From NCBI GenBank assembly GCA_051362555.1, contig JBPQGU010000016.1, positions 2,108,001-2,172,000 on the forward strand: 64,000 nt of DNA. Direction: 5' to 3'. Shown here in pieces: positions 50,782-64,000 of this stretch. Origin of the DNA: Lingula anatina (Eukaryota; Animalia; Brachiopoda). Positions within the stretch are counted from its first letter, which is position 1. Every line of letters begins with the position of its first letter. Both the position numbers and the translations under genes were made by a program. The notes under the pieces are model-generated. The model did not search any database, had not been told where the DNA came from, and saw nothing but the letters and a program-made list of their open reading frames with translations.

Positions 50782-53393
50782 TTGTTGTTTCTTTAAGTTG
50801 TCTGAATGAACTCCTCTGTAGGTCTAGGGTTGTAGAAGTAGATACATACATGATACATTTTTTTGTGATTATCAACACTTGCCTTTTGTTGTAAATAACA
50901 GGAAATGGGAAAAAAATATATTTGGTAAAACCCTAGAGGAATACGTATTTTAAAGGCAAAATGGGTCAGAAAGTCTATTCTAATGAGCATTTTTAACTAT
51001 GAGCATTATTTAGATCAATAAAAACCACCATGTTTGGATAACATACAAATTGTGTGTACTAAATGTAGAAATAAGCTTTATGCATATACCCCAGTGCCTG
51101 TATTGAATATGGTTGGTTGAATCGCCTAATTTGTATTAACAGTTATTTGCTTTGGCAAAAATTGATGCTTAACAGATGGGAAAACTGTTTTTTTTTTTTT
51201 TTTTCACAGCAACCATGCTGGCTGGTTAAAATCACAATTTTCAAAATTGCTGACAAAACGCCCTAACGAATGTTTATGATATAATTAAGTTACATACTTA
51301 GCAGTTTTCTTTGTCATATTGGGGTAATGTATTGAAGACATTGTACTCATGATGTTGCTGAGATCATAAATATTCTTTGTCATGTTTATATTGAACTCCT
51401 TCACCTTCATATATCATCATATATAATCAGACACATTTAATTCTTGCACTTCACAGACTTGTACTGCTTTATTTGTTCCCTGGATATATAAATGTGCAAC
51501 ATCATTCTGTTGGGCATCTCTTTTCAAAAATAGAAAAAATATTCTGAATAAATTTTGACAAAACATCATCATTTCACACTCACTTGCATGTACTCCAAGG
51601 CAACAAAATCAAGCAAGGGGTTGGCAGATGTCTTAAAATTGCTATTTTACCAAGTATCTGCAGCCCTGTGCAATATTTTGAACAGTTGTGTGCAATTATT
51701 TTAATAACGTTTAAAAACGTAAATGTAATTGAAATATATAGTTTTATTATTAGAACATAGTTTCTTGGGTTGATTTATCTTTCAAAAGAGATATTGAACA
51801 CCCCTCCCCAAGTCACATAAGACAAGCAACCGACTGTATAGCATGATAAAGGGTGTAGGGGTAAATTCTGATGAGTAGGTGACAACCCTGAGACCAAGGT
51901 GACCATTGTTTTATACCAAAAGAAAGGCCAATCATCAAGAATTATTTTGATGTATCAAACATACTATTCAGATATAGCATAGTGTGACATAAAATATGGG
52001 ACTGCCCTAAATGCTTATGAGCAAAAGTGGTCTGTTTTTTCATTATTTTTTAGCTCTTTTAAAGTTCGATTGCCGCATAAAGTGAAGACGGCAGAGCACA
52101 ATCACACATTATGTAATTGTATTTGATTATGCTGCTAATCAAGATTTTGCTATAATTAATAGGAATACCACGATTTTAAATACTAATTTTTGAAGCGTTT
52201 GGCGCCAATAAAGTCCTAACTAATCCCATACGGGAAGCACAATTGTTTTTATCGACCGATACAATAACTGATACTTTGATTAGCCTTTTCAATCTCACAA
52301 AAACACAAACAGAGGAATGTCGAGGTGTGACCGAATGTTTTGTTTCTGCTTTTTAATTTGTGAAGAAAATGATACGTTTAACGTTAAGTAGATACTGGAC
52401 ATACGCTTTGTATATAGGGCATAGGGCATTCATACAGAACATGCCTCTCCGCCCGCACTGATACCCCGCAAACACACAGTCTCTCATCTCTAGTGATACA
52501 CCCACCGCCCAGTTTCTATACCCAGGTTGTGTGACCAAGTGCGGAGACGTGTGAAAGTTTTAAAAAAGGATAACAACTGTTCATTTTGGCCAAAAAATGA
52601 ATTTTCCTGGGGTAACCAACAAACTCCCCATACTTACCAATGGTTAGTGAATCCATTTCTACATTCAAAGAATCTTATTATTATTATTATTATTAACTTC
52701 TCAATCTTGTTTTATATTTAAAGGCTTTTGTATTAATATTTAAACAGAGGTTCTATACGAAAATGAAAGGGTTATCTATAAGCACCCTCTTCTGAGAAAT
52801 AAGCTTTGATAATTGCGCCCTTTGGGTTGCCCTTACACGGAATCTTAACATCGGCAAACCTGCCTCAATTAAACAAATCAAGTAAGGGCAGGTGCTCCGT
52901 ACTCCCAGTAGAGTTTTGACAGCCATCGCATATACGTATATAACATGTACTGGTACATTTCTTAAACAATTGCCAAGCCAACATTTACGGCTGTACAGGT
53001 ATAAGATCGGCGGTAAAAAGTCCACTTCAAATACTTTTATTTTTCACTTAAAAAGGAAAATCTACAGTTCTGCTTGCGAATGCAACACATTTTCACCCAT
53101 GTCATCTCTTGTCTACAACAGTTATCTAGCACACTTTCGGGACTACCCAATTACCAGACGCGGCACGGAAGGATCCAAAATTCACCGTAGACCGGAGTAC
53201 GCTACTAGTTTTCAAGGTGTGTATCAGTACTCTCTTCGAAGTATCAGACGCGGTACGCGCACCAGGCAAGAGGGTGTCCATCTAATACGATTCAGTTATA
53301 AACATCAAAATTCTTATTGGAGCTTTATTGCCCACCTCTCTGTTAATGACCAGTTGAAGACTGATTAACTTTCATCCCGGAAATTTACAAAAA

Positions 53394-53475
<82 letters not shown>

Positions 53476-53518
53476 ATGTTGTTTTATTTATCTTTTTATT
53501 TTGTTTTATTTATCTTTT

Positions 53519-53586
<68 letters not shown>

Positions 53587-54380
53587 AAAAGATAAATAAA
53601 ACAACATGGATACCCATTTCTTAATGACATTTTGTCTACACGTTGCAAGGAGGATCCTATCCCCCATTTTTTTTTTTTTTTTTTTGTGAGTGGTGATTCT
53701 ATGAAAATAACCTAGTTTACATCAATTTTTTTTTTTTATCTCTCATCTCTAACTAACCTGTATTAAAATATACAAAGTAAGCAGGAGACAGCTTGTAGGA
53801 AAACCCTGCCCTATTCCATCACATGTCATATATTGTTGCGGCGCCTAGAATCATTCGCATATTCTTGAAAGTACCTGGCAGTTAAGCCTCCCACCATTAG
53901 CCCTCCAAACCCTAAAGTTTTCAACTTAAAAATATGCATAGCATCCTCCAAGTAAAGTTTGCCGCAAGTCTTTTTTCTATCAGAAGTACCGAGTGACTCA
54001 TCTTTTATCAACTTTTCAGTTTTGTTATATGGTATAATGACTAGCAACCAACAAGTGCAAAACTTCTAGGCTAACAATATCCGTAAAAATGCGCATCAAC
54101 ACAAGCAAAGGAACACAAAGGAACTTTTTTACCTGTATAAAGAAAAACAAGCCAAACTTTATGGTGGCTAAACATGTGACCAAGGTGGATCAACCATGAA
54201 ACAAGGGTGGTCAGGCAGTCGAAGCAGAGAGCCGAGACCCGTCATTCAAATTTGGCAGCACGTTATTTATTTTGACACTGTAATCTAAAATATTTCTTTA
54301 AGTAAGTATATAAAAAGGTTTAATTTGACACTGGGTTTTGACATGTCCAAAACAAGCTATGAGCAGCTTTAAAAACTTAC

Positions 54381-54715
54381 ATAATTATTTTCTTTGAAGC
54401 ATGGATACTTTTTTAATGTCGTTTTAATACCAAGCCCCATATCAGCCTCACTCAGGAGTGCCACTTGATGTGGTCGTGTGCTCCTCAGCAACGCCTTTAC
54501 ATGCTTCCAATTTTTCTTAGTCCAAGCAGTCTGCAGTTCCTGCACTTGATGCTCTACATCCTTAGGACTTTCTACATGTTGCTCAACTACTGGTTCGTTC
54601 ATGTATGTCTTCATCTTTTTCAATGCTGATGTGGTAGGTAGTATTTGCTGAAATGAGTGTAATATTGACTAATAAATCAACGACCAACGACCAACCTTTC
54701 GTTAAAATAAGTCAT

Positions 54716-54763
<48 letters not shown>

Positions 54764-56288
54764 TTCTTATATGGCGCCTTACATTCTATCTCAAGGCGCC
54801 TTACAATAATGGCTAATATACTAAAATCATTAAAATGACTACAATATTTTAATCATAAACTCTCATTGGAAACCATTTAAAATTTACACTACTAAAAATC
54901 AATCTTATTAAAAAAATAAAACATATATATATTAAAATAAAATCTAAGAAATATAGACAGAATTAAAAATGTGGGTCTTTAAAAGAGATTTAAAATTGTC
55001 AAAGTCTTCTGTTTTCCTAATAAAATTTGGTAGACCATTCCACACTTTTGGGGCGTAGATTATAAAAGCACGATCTCCATAACTTTTTAGGCACCCCTTC
55101 TCTAAAACAGAATGTTCTAAAATAAAATCATTCTCAGTATTAAAACGTGTGGACCGCCGTGGTAAGTTAAAACAGATAAGATCAGATAAATATAATGGTC
55201 CTTGTGAATGGATCGCCTTAAAAATAATACAGAGTACTTTAAAATCAATCCTCTGCTTCACAGGCAGCCAGTGTAATTCTTTCAGAATGGGAATAGTATC
55301 TTAATCTTTTGAGCTCCACGATTGTTGTCTAATTTTCATTAAAAAAAAGTTTCACTGTTAGGCACCTCGAGAGACTGTGGTACAAAGAGACTTTTCAGTT
55401 ATTATGAAGACATTGAAGATTTGCATTCATTGCAACCTGTATTCCTGAAGGCCCACCTCCAAAACATTATCAGTTTATTTTGTTCAAAGCGGATAAAAAA
55501 AACTTACCCATGGCTTTGGTCTTTTCAATGCAACCACAGGATAGCGTTGGTACATTTTCTGCTCAATTGCAAGATAGTGAGCCTGGTCCCCAATTATTGG
55601 CAATATGTCGTACCAAAAGGAGGTCACTTCTGTGATCATAAAGACCACATCCTTGCAGGGGTCCCATTGACACCGAGGTGGACTTGACCAAATCACTGAA
55701 TGGAGAAAGTGGTGACATAACACTTTCTTCAGAGATTTTATCTGAAGCTAATTAAATTAACGAATAAAAAAGTAACTGCATGAAACATTAGTACTGTAGT
55801 GGAAAATGACAGAAATAAAATGACTGATATATGTCCAAAGAGATGCATGGACTTTTAATGAAATGTACAGAATTTACCACCACAGATCAATTGAGTCATC
55901 ATTACATACAGGAAAACAATGCTTTTGACATTTTAAATAGAAACCAAAATTTTATTCGTCATTATTTTTAAAAATAATTTCCAGCCAAAATGTAGTATGG
56001 CATTCTTGTGTGGAAAAAAGCAGACTTTCGAGAACTGAAGGAAGTTTTACTGTATTATGTAAGCATATATACCTTTGTCCACATTCAGCAAAATAGTCTC
56101 ATCAGTCTTGAAAGGCTCATGGGATGTAGGGCCAGGCTGAAGGACTACAACAAGTCATATCCTGCTCCAGGGCTAAGCTTATGCCTTGAGAATTGATGAA
56201 GCATTTCGTGATGTTTCCTCCTTACATGCACTTAATAAGACTGCATATTATTTTGTGGTGTAGGCCCATGCACCAATACAACAAGCCA
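54381..56288 (-). pseudogene. Decayed multi-exon ORF of unknown family
   Basis: Canonical splice sites bound exons 56288-56073, 55741-55508 and 54647-54381. Peptides include QAHYLAIEQKMYQRYPVVALKRPKPW and HVKALLRSTRPHQ...IKTTLKKYPCF. Stops and shifts are present. Confidence 0.4.
54718..55300 (-). mobile_element. L2-clade LINE 3' fragment
   Basis: ELHWLPVKQRIDFKVL...GDRAF..YAPKVWNGLP...FKSLLKTHIF, a 3' end tgtaaggcgccttgag...aaggcgccatataag and a (TTA)n tail. Confidence 0.88.
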
Positions 56289-56785
56289 CTGCAAAGTTTT
56301 AGTCATGTTGATGGTTTCGAATAAAATGTTTGCTAAAAGGTTGATAACTGTGATTGGCAATTGCACTTAGACCACTGTGGAAGTGAAGAACCAAAAACTC
56401 AGACGTGGTGTAACTCGCATAGCCGCACGTGTCGCATGAATGCGTTATAACCCGTTCATGGACCGTGGTCTAAATAAGATAGAGCCCTCGTCAGCGGGGG
56501 TTATGTGACATCCACATAAACCATATAACCCTCGCTGACTCGGGGTCTATCTATTACATATATTGCACTTGAAATTACCTGACATGGTGAAAAGGAGTGG
56601 AATATGGATTGCATTCATTACTGTAAACCCTAACACTACAAATCCTTGCAATGTCCAGAAAAAAAATACACCCAAACAGTAATCATTTCGTTCAGAAAGT
56701 TTTACAAAAAGACGAATTGGTGGATAGTTTATCCTAAAATTTAGTACCGAGATAAATACACCACAGCTCGTGACCAAAGCCTTTC

Positions 56786-56823
<38 letters not shown>

Positions 56824-58118
56824 CAATATAATTTATAACAATACTTTTGAAGTCCATAAATACTTAAAGATCAGTAGACTTTACATTGTTGAAATGTTAA
56901 CATATTAGAAAAAAAACATAAAACTGCAGCCGATACATTTAGTTAAATAATACATATTATTGATAAATTTGTACATTTAAGAACTTACACTTACTTTTGA
57001 AAGGAATATCCCGAGCTCTTTTTTTAATCATCCTTTGACTCTATGCAGCATAAAATGAATTAGAGTATGTTCAATTCGTATGAAATCTTTTGTAGCTAAC
57101 CCCCCCCTCCAAAGTTAAATAAATATTAACAATAAATACAATCGTATAATCTAAATACAGACAGAGCTTAATATATGATAAGAAAGTATATTTATTTCCA
57201 AGTTGACTAGTGTCGGTTTGTGTTGGTGTTTATGAGTGTCTGTGTGCGTCTGAGTGTGCGCGTTAGTGTGTCTCTGTGTGTGCATAAAACTTATCCGGAC
57301 CAGAGCAAATTTGATAAAGAATGAAAAAAAAAACTGGCACAAAATGCGGACACACATATTAAGGGTGGAAAGGGCGTTAATACTACTTTCCAGATTCGTG
57401 CTAATAGCCTTTCCACCTAAATTGGTCTGAGGAAATCCAACGCAGACATCATTAACCAGTTTCACTCATTTAATGTTGACTTCCTCAAGTACATTTTGAC
57501 GATCCTTGGGGGTAAACACACTTTTTAACCTAAGTTTTTTAAAAACTTTACTTCTTAATCAGATCATTTAACATCTTGAGACATTACACAACGTATTATG
57601 ATTGCTCGCAAACATTAAATAAATGGATAACAAGAAGTAATGAAAGTACTTGTTAATTGTTTATTGCGTGTGTGTTTGTGTGTGTGCGCGCGTACGTGTT
57701 TGTGAGAGGGTCATGATCGTGAGTTTGAAAATTTCCTAACAGTGGCTATATATTTTATCATCACTGCACAAGAGTCATACATATAGTAGCCTATTTCATC
57801 GTATCATATATCTGTTTATACATAATATAAATTCCATAATATAAATCTCCTTGAAGCTTAATATACAGAACAAACTTATTTTCCTTCTTTGATATTGTTC
57901 CTATACGTATACCTACACAATACAACAGGTACATTGTAGTAGAGTTGTTTGGCAATGTATGCGCAACATACCAGCCTTTGTTTCAGTATAAAGTTGTTTT
58001 TTTTTTCCTTTGTGAATGCTCTCTCGCAATTCAATAAAATGGAAGTCGGAGGCGCTGCAAACATCTAGAGGTACATTTAGTGACAACAAATACATCAGTG
58101 TATACACATATTCGTGCA

Positions 58119-58239
<121 letters not shown>

Positions 58240-58850
58240 TTGTTTGTTTTTCTGATGTGACCATGCATTACACCTTTGAAGCCCTGGATTTTATATATCT
58301 TAATACAGGTATAATGATAACAGAACTTGAAATACTTAACTTAAAAAGCAGAGCTATTTATGTAGAAATGGTAGGTTTTCAAAATATTTAAAAGCCAAGC
58401 AATTCAGACCCTTAAAGCGTCTCCACTCCAAAGTACCCAGGGAACGGTAAATGTCGTTTCAAAATTCCAATTTTAAATAATTATAATAATAATAAAGTAT
58501 TATGAATGTCAAAATAAGAACGTGATATTTAACCATCACCTTACGGCGTATTAAACTCATCGAGGAGATCAAAAGCTTCTTGGTGAGTATAATATGACGT
58601 TGAATGATAGTGACAGTCACTTAGCGTTACAGTGGAAGGCATGTGACTGTCACGTGACTACCATGGAAGTACAGCAGTTTATTAATTGGCACTATTTAGA
58701 AGGTGCCATGTATCCTAGCGTCAAAGAAAATGTTGCTATTCTGTATGCATCAGTTCAGTTGCATTGGACCAGGACGTGAACTATTGGCAACAGCAACAGT
58801 TACAGCATTTTTCACACCGATCCACCTAAAATAGGAATATTTACAATTAT

Positions 58851-59171
58851 GCCCATATTTCACACAGACCACGAATCACCAGGAATTGACAAATTTCAGG
58901 ATTCGTGGTTGAATCGTAATCAGTTCGTGAAGTTCTTAACATATTCGTATATATTCGTAGTCGGTTCTTGCAATTCTTGATCAATCGAGTATTTGTGGCA
59001 AAAACTTTGATGCCCCTATTTCACACAGACCACGAATCCCACGAATTACCAGGAATTGACAAATTTCAGGATACGTGATTGAATCGTAATCTGTTCGTGA
59101 AGTTCTTAACAGATTCGTATATAATCATAGTCAGTTCTTGCAATTCTTGATCAATCGGGAATTCGTGGCAA
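58851..59171. repeat. Tandemly duplicated ~165-bp MITE-like end (tatttcacacagaccacgaat); the other half lies at 61002-61110
   Basis: 58851-59010 recurs at 59011-59171. Confidence 0.6.
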
Positions 59172-61001
59172 CAAAGGATGAGTGCGAATAAGGGGGTAAA
59201 AGTGCCCACTTTTGTACATGAAAAATAAATTGTGAATGAATGGAAAAAAATTGATGCCAAATTAAAGTTGGGGTCTTACACTTTTATGATCCACTTAAAA
59301 AAAAAAATTTTATTTAATTTGAAATATAGAAAATTAATGTCAAAATGACCTTGTCATATATTCATGAAAATGTGTGTTTTAGGGGGGGTCTGAATTGCAA
59401 TGCTACATATCTTTAGTTATAGTAAGGTGACAACTGTGAAATTTTGAAATTGGGTACAGAAGGTGCCCATGTAAAAAAGTAAGGCAATATGTGGCCAATC
59501 ATTGCTTGTGATCAATATTTTGTTTACCTTATTTGTACACGTAGTGCTGATTGAAAGAAGAATCTTACAGTGACTTGAGGGTAAAAGATGTTCATTTTTT
59601 ATATGAGCCCCTGCCTCAGACAAGCTGATTATTCACGGTTGAAAAGACATGAATATAAGGTGAGACATATGTGAAAATCAGCTTGTCTGAGGGTTGGGCT
59701 CGATATGTACTCAAACTAAATAGGGACATTTTCAGTCCATATGCTAGCAGGCGGCCATGTTTATTCCTGCCATGAGGTAGCTGCTACATGCTTACATAGG
59801 ATGGTTAGGCAGATACAGTGAAACTTTTGTACAAAAAGAACAACCCAAAATAAAATGTAGGTCTTTGAAAGGAAAATAGGGGTTAGAATCAGTTAAATAT
59901 TTTCAATTACAACCAAAAAAAGAAAAATCATTTTCATATATGTAATGCATGCTATCATCAAAAAAAAAAAAAAAAGGAAATATGGATAGGAAATAGAGTC
60001 CAAATACAGTAAGTATATCTTACTTTCATTCTTATTTCTTAGGATAAAGAAAGATTAGATGTAAAATGTGCTTCAGATATTCAAAGTTATATTAATTTTC
60101 ATAAAAGCAGATGTACATTGTGGTGGCTCCTACTTAATATAGAGACACATAGGGGTGGCTTGACTCAACCCCCATAATGGGCATGAAAATAGTTGTGTAA
60201 ATGTCCTCTTTCATGTCTATTTTGCATAAAAAGTAAAACAAAAGGCTCCATCACACACACCCTAGTTTTGTTACTTATGACCTAATCTTCCACACCAGCA
60301 CTATTCATAACAGCTTTGCAGAGGGTTTTTTTTCTTCTTTTTTTTTACCAAAATGCTATGAATGGCTTTATTTGTCAAGGAAATCAGTGAAAACCTATTG
60401 ACTTGGTAAATAGTCCATACAAGAGACCACCAGCCTATAATAATTACCAGAAGTTTACCAGATAAAGCAAGCTAGCCAATATAAAAATACAATTATTTAG
60501 ACCAACAAATGCTGGTCTGTGAGAAAAGTTATATAAAATTAATAAATACGCTGAGTTTTTCTAGTAACAAGACTTTTATACAGTTAAGTGAAATCAGTGA
60601 TGGCTTCTGTGAGAAAATACCGTAATATACCACCCCTCCCTCTCTTCTCTAGGATTAAAAAAACAATAATTGCTTTCCCATTTACTTGTGCCACACCACA
60701 ATTATTTAACATATAACTCTTTTTTACATCACAAGACAAGTTTCATTAGAAAAACATTGTTTATGTAATATAAATGCTGAAACAAGTTGCTCTGATTCAT
60801 TACTCTGCATACAACAGGTAAATCCGGCTACCCCCCCCTCCCCACACACACATATAACTCATTAAAATACTAAGTTACGATGCCTCAAACCAAATAATAT
60901 TTTTCCATGCAACAAATATATGCATAAACTTTATAATAGCAAATTATTTTAAAATTTTGACGATGGGCACTTTGCCAATGGTTATTCGCACTCATCCTTT
61001 G
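59172..61001. mobile_element. Non-autonomous TIR DNA element with P-element-like ends
   Basis: CAAAGGATGAGTGCGAATAA...TTATTCGCACTCATCCTTTG: 20-bp perfect and ~38-bp imperfect TIRs. No TSD and no ORF. Confidence 0.6.
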
Positions 61002-62439
61002 AGCTGTTCAAAATTTTGGCCACGAACTCCCGATTCCAAAAAAATCGAAGTGAATTTCTGGACAATATTCGTGCGATTCCAGCCGAACCACACAAATATT
61101 TGTAACACTATCGCACCTGTATCGCTGTTGTGAGTTCTGCATTATTACGTTCAAGATTCCCGCGCCAAGTCACATGGTACCAGGTGTCATGCGACACCTG
61201 GCGTGACGCGTAAACAATACATAGACCAATACACTAGATTCCTTACCATCGTTTTTTCAAAGCATGCTTATACACACACTGTATATTAACCACTGATAAT
61301 TGAAATTAAGTCTGAATCAATTACAATCGTTGAAATAACTTTAACAGACATACGGATTACACTTTATCAACAGCATTTTAGTCAACCGTTACTTTAAATG
61401 ACAATGTTACATGTGTAATATGCATAACATCAGCACAGTTAATGATGATGAGATCTATTTTTGTGCATAGTTAATAATAATTGTGCAAATACATTACATA
61501 TTAACGGCACAAATAAATACATCATTTCCTTATAGCTAAGGCAACATGTTGTGTTAAACAGTGCATACTTTCAAGTCCCATATTTTTTTATAATAAATGT
61601 ACATGCATTACTGCATAAACGGCACATATGAACTTTACTAATTATGCTAAATCTGCATTATCAACATGGCACATATGCACTTTAGTCATAAAATTCTACT
61701 GTGCATCTAAACAGCTTCAAATATATTTACAACTTACGAATGCCTTGATAAAGTGAACGACATAATTGTGTCACTTGTTTAAATGCAAAATTGAATGCTA
61801 ATACAGGATCAGTATAATGTAACCTGGAATACCACCAGAAAATAATAATATATGTAAATAAGCTGTATTATTGCTGCAACACAAACAGTTTTACAATTGC
61901 TTAATATCGTTATATTTAGATATATATTATTTGAAAACACAATTATAATTGAACATGACATTTCATCACCAATGTCCAATGTGTGTATGTAAAGCATGGT
62001 CAATGCTTGGCTCAAAGTCAATAGAGTTCACAGAAAATATCCCATTATTTCAGTAGATTGTCCTTTGCATAACGTATTGTAGTGGATATCGCTGTCACAT
62101 CTGTTAATAATAACCTCATTAGTTCTGAGTCTTCCTCTCAACAATAACGTATTGGAGTTATAACTGTTCTGCCACTTCTCGTAACAACAGTGTCATTGAC
62201 AGTTCTATCACTTTGTGGTTGGTCATCACCCATGTAAGTAGGAGTCACACATTTAGCTTTTGAGGGTTTAAGGGCCCCCTTCCCTTACAGGACTTTAAGT
62301 GATCATGGTGCACCACCACAACTTTTCTTTTTGCTTTCATCTTATACAAAATTGGAGAAAGCACCTCAATAATTTTGAAGGGACCGAGCCATACAGGCTG
62401 TAATATCTTTGAACGACAGGGTTTCGACGTGTTATTATA

Positions 62440-64000
62440 CAGACTTGAAAATTAATATGGAATTTTTTCCCAAATAATTTTTCATTAGTTTTTTCCTATT
62501 TTGCTGACTGATAAATGAGAATAAGGATTGAAATCGTGTTTTAATAACTTTTGATTATCTCTTTGATGTCATTGTGACAGCAGTTCATTAATGGAATTCG
62601 CCAGAGAAGCAAACAAAAACACATTGCCTTTTCTATGTCATATGACAACCATTAAAAGATTTATTTTGCATCTACATATTTTCCAAATTATTGTTAGTAA
62701 AAGAGTTACACGCTCCACAAAGGACCCAGTGTCTAGTCATAGTAACGAGCGCTGTTAGGCCTGACCTCTTCTGGCTGCTACCAGCGCTCTCAAGTGACAA
62801 GGCATTCCTTGGGATAGGTTTTTAGAGTTCAATCTGGAATAACATTCTAGGCATCGGTCAAAATCTGTCAAATTTGGCCCAGTTTTGTTGTAGGACATGT
62901 AGGCCATTGATTCGGCGAGCAATGCCCTACCCACATATTGTCTTTGTGGTTCAAATATGGCGATTTTGATGACCAAGGTAGCTGCTCATTCCCTTGGATC
63001 GGTAAGCAATCTGCTATTAAAAGTACTCTGTGTGAACCGGCAATCTCACCGTGCATAGTAAAATTGTTCCTAAGTTGCCCCGTATCAAATGATAGTCAAG
63101 TGGTTGCCAGAATATCCCTTTATTTGATCTGTTCCAGGTATTCGTCGATGACTTCCATTGGTGTTTTGGCACCAATGTGGTATCCACCCCAAATACTGAC
63201 GCTGTTAATGACCTTAGTCACTTTAGACGCTGCGCCCGCTTCGTAATTGCCCTCATCTGGATGTCTGTGAACTCTGTTTTGACAAGTTGAGCACTACAGG
63301 TGAAATCTGACCTCAATAAAGAATGCAACGAGGTTTCAGTGTTCAAGCCAGAAACGGTCAAGGTCCCCAGTTTATTAGAGAAACATACAACGATGTTTTC
63401 TTCTGTTTACAGTGGGTTCCTCAGAGGTCGACTGGTATTCTAACCTGCTAAAACCAGTTTGGTGTTTGCTAAAGGCCTTGAAAATGCATTTTGGTGGCAA
63501 TTTACCCATCATTCTGAAGGTACTAGGTGGTTTTTGTTTAGTTGCAACAGCATGTCCAGAAAGACAGTGGGTCCTGTACCCTGGTGGTAAGATTTCAATA
63601 CATTGGGTGTGGTCTCTGTGTAGGTACATCAGTCTGGGTATTACTCTTTAAAACTGTGCGGACCGTTCCGTTTGGAGCAATTATCTGTCTGGCAATGTCT
63701 GTCTTTTTCTCGCCATTCTGCCACAGATTAACACATTTGTAAAGCACTGCATAGTTCATTTTACACACTGCAAAACCGACCACTTGTATGCAAAATTTCA
63801 AATTATTCTATGCAGTAGTTGCCGACATATGGATACTTTTTTGACAGAACCATGCTTTGCCAAAGCCAAGCTTTGACCTGCCCAAAGGAGCACTACCCAA
63901 TTAAAACACTGCATATTGCATAATGCAGCAGCGCAACAAACCCGGTATACCGTTAATTGGTAGCGACAGACCTGACTACACACTTCTCCATTCACATATC
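62440..64000 (-). mobile_element. Tc1/mariner element of the 30867 family, cut by the window end
   Basis: TA|CAGACTTGAAAATTAATATGGAAT; collinear with 30867-32420; WSSKSPYLNHKDNMW. Confidence 0.85.

Noticed and set aside
52892-53368. 158-aa ORF
   Set aside because: GTG start, no recognisable motif and no splice or paralog support.
53826-54047. Penelope GIY-YIG-like tail (EDAMHIFKLKTL..GGL)
   Set aside because: A single weak motif with no GIY/YIG core or RT nearby.
56484-56553. ~30-bp-arm hairpin as a pre-miRNA
   Set aside because: A single imperfect inverted repeat with no other support, more simply a MITE remnant.

Overview
AT-rich, repeat-dense animal genomic DNA, probably a lophotrochozoan such as a mollusc (inferred from introns, a tRNA-SINE and RTEX/BEL/Academ-type elements). 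It is not prokaryotic. The first 35 kb hold a GIMAP/AIG1 immune-GTPase cluster. Gene A (main exon 788-2170, +) is an intact AIG1 GTPase fused in frame to a Hedgehog-type Hint/Hog autoprocessing domain and is the top candidate for a novel system. Gene B (28360-26300, -) is a three-exon, frameshifted GIMAP with an acidic tail rich in LIR-like motifs. Gene C (33655-34284, +) is a third, divergently oriented GIMAP. Relic fragments of A and B lie at 23.5-25 kb. A 13-kb nested transposon stack (BEL/Pao > RTEX > Academ-like > MITE) interrupts the cluster, and the RTEX ORF1 starts with an RNase H1-type hybrid-binding domain. Positions 38-58 kb contain diverged paralogous blocks with coding-like traces and a recent 2466-bp tandem duplication. 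The rest is Tc1, L2/CR1, MITE and microsatellite sequence. All calls are by-eye motif recognition; no database search was run.
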